This document shows, piece by piece, positions 35,877 through 45,455 of a stretch of 64,000 nucleotides of DNA. A model generated the notes under the pieces. The model saw only the letters and a list, made by a program, of their open reading frames with translations. It was not told the origin of the DNA and ran no database searches. The DNA is taken from contig JALCSW010000001.1 of NCBI GenBank assembly GCA_022653695.1, positions 53,979-117,978 of the forward strand. The letters run 5' to 3'. The position numbers and the translations under genes were made by a program. Source of the stretch: Bacilli bacterium. GTDB taxonomy: Bacteria > Bacillota_I > Bacilli_A > RFN20 > CAG-826. Every line of letters begins with the position of its first letter. Within the stretch, counting starts at the first letter, position 1.

Positions 35877-38843
35877 ATGAACAAAAACACAAAGAAATTC
35901 GTCGTCGCCGCCTTGCTGGCCCTCACCATGGCCGGAACGGTTTCCTGCTCCTGCTCAAGCGTCGGAGGATCCTCGGAATCGAGCGCGGGAGAAAGCCAAT
36001 CGGCCGGAGCCTCGTCCGGAGAGGGAAGCTCCGCCTCTTCAGGCGCCTCTTCATCGAATGGCGGTTCGTCCGCCTCTTCAAGCTCGAGCGGCTCTTCTTC
36101 CGACTCGACCGGATCATCAAACTCGTCTTCGGGCACTTCGTCCAGCTCATCTTCCTCCTCCGGTTCCCCCAGCGGGGAAATCTCGCTCACGGGCGTCGAA
36201 GGCGCCTCGACCCCGAAAGGCCGTTATTTCGATCCCCTGAAGGGAGTCAGCGCGAAAGGAGCCGACGGAGCCGACATCACGAGCGCGATCGATATCTCCG
36301 GCAACGTCGACTACAGTATCGCCGGCGATTACCCTCTCGTTTACACCGTCTCGGATAACGGCAAGAAAGTCACCAAGAACCGGACCATAACCGTCACGAA
36401 CGACGGTTTGGGAAGCTATGCCCGCAAGAAAAGTTACGGCGAAGAAAAGACCGTCAACCTCGGCAAGGGATCGTATCTGGAAGGCAACAGCGACCTTATC
36501 GATTTCCGACCAGCCGACCCCTCGTTCGTCGACGACGAATTGATTGACGAAGCCCCGCTTCCGACCAATCGGTGGTGGAGCGGATTCGAAACCGCCAATT
36601 ACGGCGGGGTGACGCTCGCGGCCACCAATCCCCTTTACGTGAAGCTCAGCGCCGCTGGGGTCTCACTCACCAACAAAGGCACCGGCTTCACCCAGTATTT
36701 CACGGTCAACGACACCTTTGGGACCGCGCAGACCACCATGAGCCAATTCGCCCCCACCTTCAACGACATCAGCGTCGCCTCCGCCTCAATGGGATCCAAT
36801 CCCGTCAGCAAAGTCATCGGCTACAGCGAGAACTCCGTTCGCCTTTCCATGCGGAACAGTTCCGCTGGGGCCGATGAACTGGTGGCCAACCTCGTGCAGG
36901 GATCGCCTTTCGTCTTCTTTGAGAGCGATTCCCACACCATAAATTTGAACCTGCGCCTCGACGCGGTCACGAAACCCTATATCTTCTATGACCTCTCGGG
37001 CAACGTCATTACCGACTCCTACACCGGAGACGGCATCGTGATCGAACTGCCCCAAGCCCACTGCGGCTACGCGACGACTTATCCTAGCGTCGGCATCGGG
37101 GCCGCCCTTTATAAGGACTTCTATTACATCGTCAACGCCCCGAAGGGGTCCTCCTTCGCTTTCTCGCAACTCAAACACCCTTCAAATGAGTACAAAGACC
37201 ATGTGGCCATCACGCTCAACGGATCGAATTATCTCTCCGTGGGGATGTTGCCAAGCCTCGGCGAGGCAGGCCTCTACCATGCGGCCGGCTACTCCTTCAT
37301 CGACGCAGCCGATTCCTCATTCAGCATCGACAAGGCGAAAGCCGAGGTCACCACGACTTTCCGCGAAGCCGTGCAACATGTCGACGGCGGAAACGAAGAG
37401 CCCCTGCTAGCCCTGTTGCCGCACCAGTGGAAACATAGCGACGCCGCTTTGACATCCAGCTCTTTCAAAACCATGCGGGGAACCAATAAGGTACTTAAGG
37501 GCCGCACGTTCGCGACGACGAATGAGTTCCGGGGTCTTCTCCCCGGTTTCACGACCCCGCTCAACGGCGCCTTTAGCGCCGCGGACGCCAAAACCTACGC
37601 GACCAACTTGCTTAACGCCACCGTTCCGACGGGAAGCTTCGAAGAGGGGGGCAAGAACTTCATCGACGCCCCGGGGCCATACTGGAACGCCAAAGCGCTT
37701 TATCCCCTTTCACAAGCCATCTTGGCGATGAAGCAGCTTGGGGAGACCGAACTCACAAGCCAACTCGTCGCCCGCCTCAAGGACGACATGGTCGATTGGT
37801 TCACCTATTCGGGAACCGACGACGACCGTTTCCTCTATTACGACGAAGTCTACGGCACGATGTATTACAGCAATGACGATTTCTCGACCGGCAGCCGCCT
37901 TAGCGACCACCACTTCACTTCGGGATATCTCGTCTACGCCTCGGCCGTCCTCTCGATGGTCGACGGCTCCTTCCTCAGCGATTACGGCGACATCGTGACC
38001 CTCCTAGCCCGCGATTACGCTGATTACCAACGGAACGACGGAACCTATCCCTATCTCCGCTCCTTCGACACTTGGGCCGGCCACAGCTGGGCCGACGGTC
38101 GAGGTGACTTCGGGGATGGGAACGACGAGGAAAGCTCGGGCGAGTCGCTGAATTCCTGGGCCGCCGCTTACCTATTCGGAACGGTGTCGGGCAACCAAGA
38201 TATGGTCGACGCCGCCATCTATGGCTATGCGACCGAAATGGAATCCGTGAAGCAATACTGGTTCAACTACGATGGCGACAATTGGGATGCCGGCCTTTCG
38301 AACAACACCCACGTCGTCGGCATCGTCTGGGGGGCCAAGAACGACTGCGCGACGTGGTTCGGCAGCAACCCCGAATTCATCTATGGGATCCATTGGCTTC
38401 CCACGGGCGAGTATCTCACGGGCTACACCCTCGGCGATCAGGACGCCGCCACCTTCACGACCATCTATGACGAAATGCTCTCCAAACTCAATGGCACCAT
38501 CCGCACCTGGTGGAGCAACATGTGGGCCATGCAGGCCCTCATCGATCCCGACGGCGCCGTCAACGCCTTCGACAGTTCCAAGATCCTCGGCGACGATTAT
38601 CCGTATGAGCTCACAGGTTCGTACTGGATGGTGAACGCCCTCGCGGGTCTGGGCCGCAAGAGCCTCGACGACTATGCCGAGTTGAAAGAGGGAATCGCAG
38701 CCTCGGTCTACGAGAAAGGCGAAACGAAGACCCTGCTGGCCTATAACAGCACCGCTTCCGCCCAAAGCGTTCAGGTCGTGGTGAATGGGGGTGTCGTCAC
38801 CAAAACCATAGCCGCCAACAGTTACGCCAACTACAGCCTTTAA
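35877..38843 (+). CDS. GH81 endo-beta-1,3-glucanase lipoprotein with poly-Ser linker and Ig-like (DUF5011-type) domain
   Basis: LPTNRWWS, QGSPF, LLPHQW, DHHF, RSFDTWAGHSWADG, EESSGES, IYGIHWLP. Confidence 0.88.
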   Translation: MNKNTKKFVVAALLALTMAGTVSCSCSSVGGSSESSAGESQSAGASSGEGSSASSGASSSNGGSSASSSSSGSSSDSTGSSNSSSGTSSSSSSSSGSPSGEISLTGVEGASTPKGRYFDPLKGVSAKGADGADITSAIDISGNVDYSIAGDYPLVYTVSDNGKKVTKNRTITVTNDGLGSYARKKSYGEEKTVNLGKGSYLEGNSDLIDFRPADPSFVDDELIDEAPLPTNRWWSGFETANYGGVTLAATNPLYVKLSAAGVSLTNKGTGFTQYFTVNDTFGTAQTTMSQFAPTFNDISVASASMGSNPVSKVIGYSENSVRLSMRNSSAGADELVANLVQGSPFVFFESDSHTINLNLRLDAVTKPYIFYDLSGNVITDSYTGDGIVIELPQAHCGYATTYPSVGIGAALYKDFYYIVNAPKGSSFAFSQLKHPSNEYKDHVAITLNGSNYLSVGMLPSLGEAGLYHAAGYSFIDAADSSFSIDKAKAEVTTTFREAVQHVDGGNEEPLLALLPHQWKHSDAALTSSSFKTMRGTNKVLKGRTFATTNEFRGLLPGFTTPLNGAFSAADAKTYATNLLNATVPTGSFEEGGKNFIDAPGPYWNAKALYPLSQAILAMKQLGETELTSQLVARLKDDMVDWFTYSGTDDDRFLYYDEVYGTMYYSNDDFSTGSRLSDHHFTSGYLVYASAVLSMVDGSFLSDYGDIVTLLARDYADYQRNDGTYPYLRSFDTWAGHSWADGRGDFGDGNDEESSGESLNSWAAAYLFGTVSGNQDMVDAAIYGYATEMESVKQYWFNYDGDNWDAGLSNNTHVVGIVWGAKNDCATWFGSNPEFIYGIHWLPTGEYLTGYTLGDQDAATFTTIYDEMLSKLNGTIRTWWSNMWAMQALIDPDGAVNAFDSSKILGDDYPYELTGSYWMVNALAGLGRKSLDDYAELKEGIAASVYEKGETKTLLAYNSTASAQSVQVVVNGGVVTKTIAANSYANYSL

Positions 38844-38862
38844 CAGTTGAGCGAAAAAGATC

Positions 38863-38890
38863 AGCGCCACGAAAATGGCGCTTTTCTTTT
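38863..38890 (+). terminator. Intrinsic terminator after GH81
   Basis: AGCGCCA-CGAAAA-TGGCGCT followed by a T tract. Confidence 0.75.
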
Positions 38891-38905
38891 ATTGTGTTAA
38901 CCGAA

Positions 38906-38925
38906 AAGCGAAATCGGTTTCCTAA
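38906..38925. promoter_or_regulatory. LacI-family operator, copy 2
   Basis: AAGCGAAATCGGTTTCCTAA; 16 bp identical to copy 1. Confidence 0.7.
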
Positions 38926-38977
38926 AAAACGTTAGTTAACATCGAAGAAACAAGTAACCATCAGCATTTTCAAATTG

Positions 38978-39015
38978 TGAAAGCGCTTATATTTTTGATT
39001 GCGAAAGCGCTTTCC
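38978..39015. promoter_or_regulatory. Two cre-like sites around a probable promoter
   Basis: TGAAAGCGCTTATA (38978-38991) and CGAAAGCGCTTTCC (39002-39015), with TTGATT and TATACT nearby. Confidence 0.6.
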
Positions 39016-39076
39016 TTAATCTATACTTGCTTTGTATTTATGGGAGAAGTGCGTTCTCCCTTACAGGAGGGTTTCT

Positions 39077-41005
39077 ATGCATAAGTCCAAGAAACTGTTT
39101 ACGATTTTCTCTAGCGCGGCGCTGGCTTTGACGGTCGGCGGAGTCGCCATTGGCCTCAGCGGCGGCAACGTCAAAGCCGCCAACGCCGATGAAGTTGCCA
39201 CGATCGGTTCGCTAAGCGACTTCAACAGCGTGTTCGATGGAGGCGCCGGAAGTTCTGCCAAAGATATCACTTTGACGGCCGATATCGATTTGGGTGGCAT
39301 GTCTTTCGGGACAGCCAAAATGGCCGGTGAATATACCGGAACATTTGACGGGGGCGGTCACAAAATAACCAATTTCCTTGCCGGCGGAAATGCCGGTTTG
39401 TTCAACATTTCGTCGGGAACCATCAAGAATTTGACGCTTGAGTGCACCGCTAACGCCAATGGAACCTCGCCTCTGGCGTTCCAAAATAACGGCTCTGTCA
39501 CCGGGTGTCACGTCGTCGAAACGGTTTCATCCGCCTTAAACACCCTTTCAGGCTATTTCTGCAACGGAAGCGGAACGATCTCTGACTCCTACGCCCATTA
39601 CATATTCAACGCCTCCTGCCAAGGAACGAATACCGTATTTCCGTTCTATCGCGAAGGCTCGCCGACGATCACCGACTCCTATTACACAAAGAGCGACGCA
39701 ACGACCGGGATAACCATTACAGCAAACGTGGGAGCCAGCGAAACGGACCAGGTTTGCGGCGTGTCCGTTGCCGACAAAACCATAACCATGGGCGCCGATG
39801 AAACTCTTTCGGCTTCCACATATGGGTCGACGTATTCCGCGATCGCGTGGACGATTGACGATACGGGAATTGCGACGCTATCGAACGAAACGACCGACAC
39901 GGTTACCATTTCGGGCGTCTCCGCCGGCACCGCGACGCTGACATGCACCTATACATCGACTTTGGGAAGTTTCGCGAGTTCCTCGACCATCACCGTGCAA
40001 AACAGCTCGGCCGTTTCGGACGTAAGCGTTTCCCCCACATCAACATCTCTGTACACCGGGGCCACCACAACCCTCACCGCTACCCTGACCGGCAACGTTT
40101 ATGATCACGTCGCTTGGACGAGCGATGACGAAAGCCATGCGACCGTCGCGGGAGACGGCTTAACCGCCACCGTGACCGGCGTCGCCGCCGGCCCTGCCAA
40201 TGTCGCGATAACTGTTTACGATTCAAGCAACGGCGTCTTGGCGAGCGCCTCCTGCGCCGTGACAGTCAACGCCGCCGTGACGTTCGACTTCTACCTCGCC
40301 GTCAACTCGTCCTTCTCTTGGACCGCCGAATCGGCCATCTTCTACGGAGGCGGAATCACCGAAACCTCCTTCGATATGACCAATACCGGATATACTCTTC
40401 GCTTAAACGACGCCACCAACTTGAACACGCTGACCGAATATGACCTTTACTATCTGAACGTCAACGCTTCGGCCCTCGGAATGGTTGGCGCGACTGGCGT
40501 TTATGTCCAGGCCGGCAACGGTCAGAACCCCGGACGCTGGGGCTCGGGTTATAACGTCGATTCCTACACCAACGGTTTTGCGCTCTACACTCCTTTCGCT
40601 TCATCGGGCGCCCTTCAGAGCATCTGCACGGGTAGCGGGGCCAAAGAAGGCATCGATTGGGTCAACGGGCTTACCGATTGGAGAGACGGCAACGATTCGA
40701 TCTGCTATCTCCTCGATGGGGCGAACGAAACCAAGAAAACGACCATCCTCGATTCCTATAATGCCCTTTCGGGCGACGCGAAGACCTTCTTAGGGACCCT
40801 CACCGACGATACCGCCGATTACGATTCGACTTACGGCACCACGATTTCCTATCTAAGCGCCGCCGGAAGTCCCGCCATCGCCGTATTCTCCGAACTCCCC
40901 GACACCAAGTACACCGTTCTCTTCGTCACCGTCGGCATCGCCGCGTTGGCGGTCGGCGGTTACTTCATCGTCAGAGCCACGAAGAAAAGGAAAGCCAAAG
41001 ACTGA
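39077..41005 (+). CDS. Surface protein: GLUG/beta-helix-like domain, two Big_2 Ig-like domains, juxtamembrane helical domain, C-terminal TM anchor
   Basis: Signal peptide; LTADIDL...TGTFDGGGHKITN...GLF; WTIDDTGIATL and WTSDDESHATV; TM plus KKRK; AGGAGG RBS. Confidence 0.78.
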   Translation: MHKSKKLFTIFSSAALALTVGGVAIGLSGGNVKAANADEVATIGSLSDFNSVFDGGAGSSAKDITLTADIDLGGMSFGTAKMAGEYTGTFDGGGHKITNFLAGGNAGLFNISSGTIKNLTLECTANANGTSPLAFQNNGSVTGCHVVETVSSALNTLSGYFCNGSGTISDSYAHYIFNASCQGTNTVFPFYREGSPTITDSYYTKSDATTGITITANVGASETDQVCGVSVADKTITMGADETLSASTYGSTYSAIAWTIDDTGIATLSNETTDTVTISGVSAGTATLTCTYTSTLGSFASSSTITVQNSSAVSDVSVSPTSTSLYTGATTTLTATLTGNVYDHVAWTSDDESHATVAGDGLTATVTGVAAGPANVAITVYDSSNGVLASASCAVTVNAAVTFDFYLAVNSSFSWTAESAIFYGGGITETSFDMTNTGYTLRLNDATNLNTLTEYDLYYLNVNASALGMVGATGVYVQAGNGQNPGRWGSGYNVDSYTNGFALYTPFASSGALQSICTGSGAKEGIDWVNGLTDWRDGNDSICYLLDGANETKKTTILDSYNALSGDAKTFLGTLTDDTADYDSTYGTTISYLSAAGSPAIAVFSELPDTKYTVLFVTVGIAALAVGGYFIVRATKKRKAKD

Positions 41006-41022
41006 TTAGCCGCCCTTAATGG

Positions 41023-41059
41023 AAGGCGTTCCTCATTCAAAAAAGGGGAGCGCCTTTTT
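41023..41059 (+). terminator. Intrinsic terminator
   Basis: AAGGCGTTCCTC...GGGGAGCGCCTTTTT. Confidence 0.7.
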
Positions 41060-41100
41060 CTAAACTCCGCATTCCCCCGCCAAGAGGTTACAATGAATCG

Positions 41101-41595
41101 ATGAAACAATCCCTCATCTCGCTAGAAGACCTAAGGGCCGCCGATCGAAAGAACGCCTGGCTCATCGCTTTCGAGGTTTTTCTCGTCATGGCGATGGGGG
41201 CCGCCACCGCTTTGATATACGTTTTCCAAAGCAGGGCCACCCAAACCATTTTCATTTGGGTAGGATCAATCATCTATATCCTCGTTCTAACCGTTTTTTT
41301 CTATGTTCTTTTCATGATGATCCGACCGCTAGGCAGTTACCGCCGCTTCATGAGGAAGGCCCTCTCCAAACCGCGTCCGCTCAATGACGTCAGCGTCCTT
41401 TCCTTGAGCAAGGAGAGGGAGACCTACAAGGGTTTTCCTTGCTTTTCCCTCCGCGTCAGGGAACTCGACGAAGGCACCGTCTGGAACGTCCGTTACGAAT
41501 CGTCGGCGCCGATCGACGTCACGATAGGCGGCGTCTACGAAATCGAAACCTACGATGAGGTCCTCTGCGCGATAAAAGAGGAGAAACGGCGATGA
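41101..41595 (+). CDS. Hypothetical membrane protein (2 TM plus soluble domain)
   Basis: ORF translationally coupled to the next gene (ATGA overlap). Confidence 0.7.
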   Translation: MKQSLISLEDLRAADRKNAWLIAFEVFLVMAMGAATALIYVFQSRATQTIFIWVGSIIYILVLTVFFYVLFMMIRPLGSYRRFMRKALSKPRPLNDVSVLSLSKERETYKGFPCFSLRVRELDEGTVWNVRYESSAPIDVTIGGVYEIETYDEVLCAIKEEKRR

Positions 41596-42257
41596 AGGTA
41601 GGCGTCACAAAAGAGAAAATCGGCGACTTCTTCACGAGTTATGGCTGGGTCGAACTGCTTCTTGCCATCGTGAGCGTGGTGGCCTGGTACTGGCCCATAA
41701 CCGCCATCGACCAAATCAGGAGCGACGAACGAATCAACTTCTTCATCGAATGCTATGGTTTCAAAGACGAGGAATTCCAAAACCAATTGCGGGATGATTT
41801 GGCCGATAGCGGGGTCGAGGAGGTCAACGTCTACTCTTATTCCCCGAGCGATTCCCTCATCAACAGCTATTACGAGGCCTTCGGAACCGAAAGCGACTTC
41901 CTCTTTCTCTTATCAAGCGACCTCGACACGATGTTCGAAAACCCCAACGCCGCTCTTCTTAGCGAATTCCTCGCTTGGGGGGACGCGCTGAAAGCGGAAG
42001 TCATGCCAAACTTCTCCGCCGCTTCGTTCTACGAGGTCGAAGGGGTCCCTTACGCCCTCAAGGTTTATGACCCTGAAGATGCCTCCTATAGCCAGAGGAT
42101 CGAGGATTTCGCCCTTTTCCATACCGAGATGAAGAGCGAGGCCGTCTACCTCCTCCTTAACGCGGCGACCCCCAATTTCGGTTCCTACGCCGACGGATCG
42201 GCGACCTCCAACGCCGTAGCGGCCTTATCTATGTTCATCGAAAGGTATTACTTATGA
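41592..42257 (+). CDS. Hypothetical N-terminally anchored extracytoplasmic protein
   Basis: One TM followed by an acidic domain; ATGA overlaps on both sides. Confidence 0.7.
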   Translation: MKVGVTKEKIGDFFTSYGWVELLLAIVSVVAWYWPITAIDQIRSDERINFFIECYGFKDEEFQNQLRDDLADSGVEEVNVYSYSPSDSLINSYYEAFGTESDFLFLLSSDLDTMFENPNAALLSEFLAWGDALKAEVMPNFSAASFYEVEGVPYALKVYDPEDASYSQRIEDFALFHTEMKSEAVYLLLNAATPNFGSYADGSATSNAVAALSMFIERYYL

Positions 42258-43072
42258 GAGAACGCAAACGAAAAGTCGAAAGAACGGAGGATGGCAACTT
42301 GCCCCGCACCCGCTGGCAATTGCTCAAAGACACGCTCCGCTGGCGGTTTTGGTCCCTCGCCGTCATCAGCCTCATGGCCATCGTTTTTTACGTCCCCTCT
42401 TTTGCTTGGATGAGTTTTGCCAGCATGTCCGGCCTCTTAGAAGCCGACAACTTCTACTCGATTTTGCTCACCCACGCGGTGGATGCCCTTTTGCTAGGCG
42501 TATTCGGCCTTGGGCAAGCCGGCCTTTTCTATTTCCTGAAGCGGCTCGCGTGGGGGGAAGGGGCCAGCATCCCCTCCGATTTTTTCGAAGGCATCAAGAA
42601 AAATTGGAAAGCCTTTTTCCTTCTTTTCTTCGTCATGGGGCTCCTCTATGCCGTTTTGGAGCTTAATCTGGCCTCCATCGCCAATTCCGGATGGGATTCC
42701 GTTGCCATCGGGGCCGTGAGTGGGGTGAGTTACGCCGTTTTCTTCCTTTTTGTGGCCGCCATCCTCATAACCCTCGTCGAAAGCGTCATCTACAGCTCCC
42801 GCCTCTTCTCCCTCTTCGTCAACGCGTGGCGGTTCCTCATCGGGGCTTTCCTCACGAACGTCCCCGTTTTCTTGGCCTATTTGCTGCCCCTCATCCTTTA
42901 CGAATCCATCCCCAGCTACATCGCTCAGTGGGTCGCCATTCTCTTCGAGGGGGTCTTCTATCTAGGTTTCAGCGGTTTTTTCCTCACCATCTATTGCCAC
43001 TCCCTTTTCGATAAGACCATCAACAAACGCCAATTCCCGGAAATCGTCCGCAAGGGGCTCCGCAAAGAATGA
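42254..43072 (+). CDS. YesL/DUF624-like membrane protein (sugar ABC accessory)
   Basis: AGLFYFLKRLAWGEG...SDFFEGIKKNWK motif, multiple TM. Confidence 0.7.
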   Translation: MRERKRKVERTEDGNLPRTRWQLLKDTLRWRFWSLAVISLMAIVFYVPSFAWMSFASMSGLLEADNFYSILLTHAVDALLLGVFGLGQAGLFYFLKRLAWGEGASIPSDFFEGIKKNWKAFFLLFFVMGLLYAVLELNLASIANSGWDSVAIGAVSGVSYAVFFLFVAAILITLVESVIYSSRLFSLFVNAWRFLIGAFLTNVPVFLAYLLPLILYESIPSYIAQWVAILFEGVFYLGFSGFFLTIYCHSLFDKTINKRQFPEIVRKGLRKE

Positions 43073-44385
43073 GATACGAATTCCGCCTCAGCCAAATCGG
43101 CGGCCCTTATTGGGAGAAAAGAAGCCTGTCCGAAGGCGAAGGCGAGCCGATTTCCTTCGATCCGTCGAAGCCTCAGCAAACCATCATCGGCTTCGGGGGC
43201 GCCTTCACGGAAGCCGCCGCCCATGTCTACGCGTCGATGAGCCCCGCGCTGAAAAGGCAGACGATCGCCCTTTGCTTTGGGGAAGACGGGCTCCGTTACA
43301 ACCTCGGAAGGACGACGATCGGCTCCTGCGACTTCTCGCTCTCCCAATACGATTACGCGAGGAAAGACGACCTTTCGGACTTTTCCTTGCGCCACGACGA
43401 AAAGGAAATCATCCCCTTTCTTAAGGACGCCGAAAAAGCAAGGCCGCTGCGCCTATTGGCTTCTTCATGGTCGCCTCCCGCCAAATGGAAAACGAGCGGA
43501 AGCAAACTTCAGGGCGGGCGCTTGAAAAAGGACTGTTACGGCATTTACGCCGACTATCTCGCCAAATATGTCGAAGCCATGGCGGAAAACGGCCTGCCGA
43601 TCGAATTTCTCACCCCCCAAAACGAGCCGCTGGCCGCCCAAACGTGGGAAAGCTGCCTCTATGGACCCGCGGAGGAGGCCAAACTGATACTCGAACTGAA
43701 AAAGCGGATGCCGAACATCAAAATCCTGGCCTATGACCACAACCGAGACAAACTGTGGGACCGGGAAAAGGACATCTTCCGGAAACGCGAGGTCAAGGAG
43801 GCCGTCCACGGAATGGCCTACCACTGGTACTTCCCAGGTGGTCACGAGGAAATCGCCAAATGCCTGGCCTCATTCCCCGACAAGCCCCTCATCCAAACCG
43901 AAAGCTGCGTTGAGTTGCTGAACCTTAATCGCGCGGATCCCGCCGCCGCGATCGGGAACCCAGAAGGCATGAGGCGTTATGCCAAAGACCGCCTCGAGGA
44001 TCTTCGAAGCGGATCGTCCGGCTTCATCGACTGGAACCTTCTGCTCGACCTGAAAGGGGGGCCAAATCACGCCGGCAATTACTGCGAGGCGCCCCTCATG
44101 AGCGATGGGACGCGCTTGCTCATCAACCCTTCCTACTACGCGATCAAGCACCTTTCGCGTTTTATCGATCCGAATTCGCGGCTCATCGCCTCGGCTTTCC
44201 CTATGGGGATCGTCGGGGCGGCTTTCCTGAACCCCGATGGCGGCCTTTCCCTCGTGATGCTTAACGAAGGAGAGGGGAAAGCGGTTTCTTTATTCGTTGA
44301 AAACCACCAGTGTTCATGCTATCTTAATGGAAATTCCATCTGTTCAATACGCATATGGCAAGCCTTGAAGCAAACTGAAAAATGA
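43069..44385 (+). CDS. Glycoside hydrolase family 30 (cytoplasmic; possible beta-1,6-glucanase/glucosidase)
   Basis: QTIIGFGGAFTE, IGSCDFS, ASSWSPP, QNEP (acid/base), YHWY, TESC (nucleophile), DWNL; no signal peptide. Confidence 0.9.
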   Translation: MRYEFRLSQIGGPYWEKRSLSEGEGEPISFDPSKPQQTIIGFGGAFTEAAAHVYASMSPALKRQTIALCFGEDGLRYNLGRTTIGSCDFSLSQYDYARKDDLSDFSLRHDEKEIIPFLKDAEKARPLRLLASSWSPPAKWKTSGSKLQGGRLKKDCYGIYADYLAKYVEAMAENGLPIEFLTPQNEPLAAQTWESCLYGPAEEAKLILELKKRMPNIKILAYDHNRDKLWDREKDIFRKREVKEAVHGMAYHWYFPGGHEEIAKCLASFPDKPLIQTESCVELLNLNRADPAAAIGNPEGMRRYAKDRLEDLRSGSSGFIDWNLLLDLKGGPNHAGNYCEAPLMSDGTRLLINPSYYAIKHLSRFIDPNSRLIASAFPMGIVGAAFLNPDGGLSLVMLNEGEGKAVSLFVENHQCSCYLNGNSICSIRIWQALKQTEK

Positions 44386-45395
44386 TCACCATTTACGACA
44401 TCGCCAAAAAAGCCGGCGTCTCGCCCAGCACCGTCAGCAAAGTCATCAACGATTACAAAGCCATCCCCGAGGAAACGAAAGAAAAAGTCCATCGTATCAT
44501 GGATGAGATGAACTACATTCCCAACACCGGCGCCAAAGCCTTAAGCAGCCGCAAGAGTTACAACGTTGGGATCTTAGCCTACTTCGGAATGAAAATATCG
44601 CCTTTCAAGCACACTCTTTTCACCGATATCCTCGATTCCTTCCAAACCGAGATGAACGCTCAGAACTACGACCTTCTTTTCATCTCCCATAACGTGGCCG
44701 GCCAAAACGGCTCTTTCTACAAAAACTGCATCTCCCGCGACGTCGCCGGCGTCTTGCTTTTCGGCAACACCAACAACGAGGAAATGCAAGAAGTCATCCA
44801 CAGTTCCATCCCCAAGGTCTGCTTCGATTACGTGGGCGGGGAAATGACGAGCGTCCATAGCGACAACTACGCCAAAATGAAGGAACTCACGAAACGGCTC
44901 ATCGAGATGGGCCACCGCAACATCTTCTTCGTCCACGGCGAACCCAACGGGGTCACCTCCGAACGTATCGCGGGTTTTAAGGACGCTCTCAAGGAAGCGG
45001 GCATCCCCCTTAAGGACTCGATGCTCCAAGAAAGCATGTATCTCGACAACGAGCACATCCGCTCCCTCACGACCGATATCTTGCGGCAACCTCGCGATGT
45101 GCCTACCGCCATCATGTACCCTGACGACTATTCGGCCATCCAGGGCATCGCCGCCATCAAAAAAGAAGGCCTTTCCTGCCCTAAGGACATCTCGGTCACG
45201 GGCTTCGACGGCATATTCTCGGGGCAAGTGACGAACCCCCGTCTCACCACGGTAAAGCAAAATACCGAGGAAATAGGGCAAACGCTCGCCAAATCGCTCA
45301 TCGAGTGCATCGAGAGAAAGAGAGTTGAGCCTCGTTCGATTGAGATCAAGGCAACCATTCTTAGCGGGGAGAGCACCGGCCCCGCCCGAAAGTAA
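44382..45395 (+). CDS. LacI-family transcriptional regulator
   Basis: TIYDIAKKAGVSPSTVSKVIN, YIPN, PKDISVTGFDG, LTTVKQ. Confidence 0.95.
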   Translation: MITIYDIAKKAGVSPSTVSKVINDYKAIPEETKEKVHRIMDEMNYIPNTGAKALSSRKSYNVGILAYFGMKISPFKHTLFTDILDSFQTEMNAQNYDLLFISHNVAGQNGSFYKNCISRDVAGVLLFGNTNNEEMQEVIHSSIPKVCFDYVGGEMTSVHSDNYAKMKELTKRLIEMGHRNIFFVHGEPNGVTSERIAGFKDALKEAGIPLKDSMLQESMYLDNEHIRSLTTDILRQPRDVPTAIMYPDDYSAIQGIAAIKKEGLSCPKDISVTGFDGIFSGQVTNPRLTTVKQNTEEIGQTLAKSLIECIERKRVEPRSIEIKATILSGESTGPARK

Positions 45396-45401
45396 GAAAA
45401 G

Positions 45402-45438
45402 AAAACCCGTTTCGGTCCGCAAGACGAAACGGGTTTTT
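45402..45438. terminator. Bidirectional intrinsic terminator
   Basis: AAAACCCGTTTCG...CGAAACGGGTTTTT between convergent genes. Confidence 0.8.
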
Positions 45439-45455
45439 AAAACGCTTGGCGCTTC

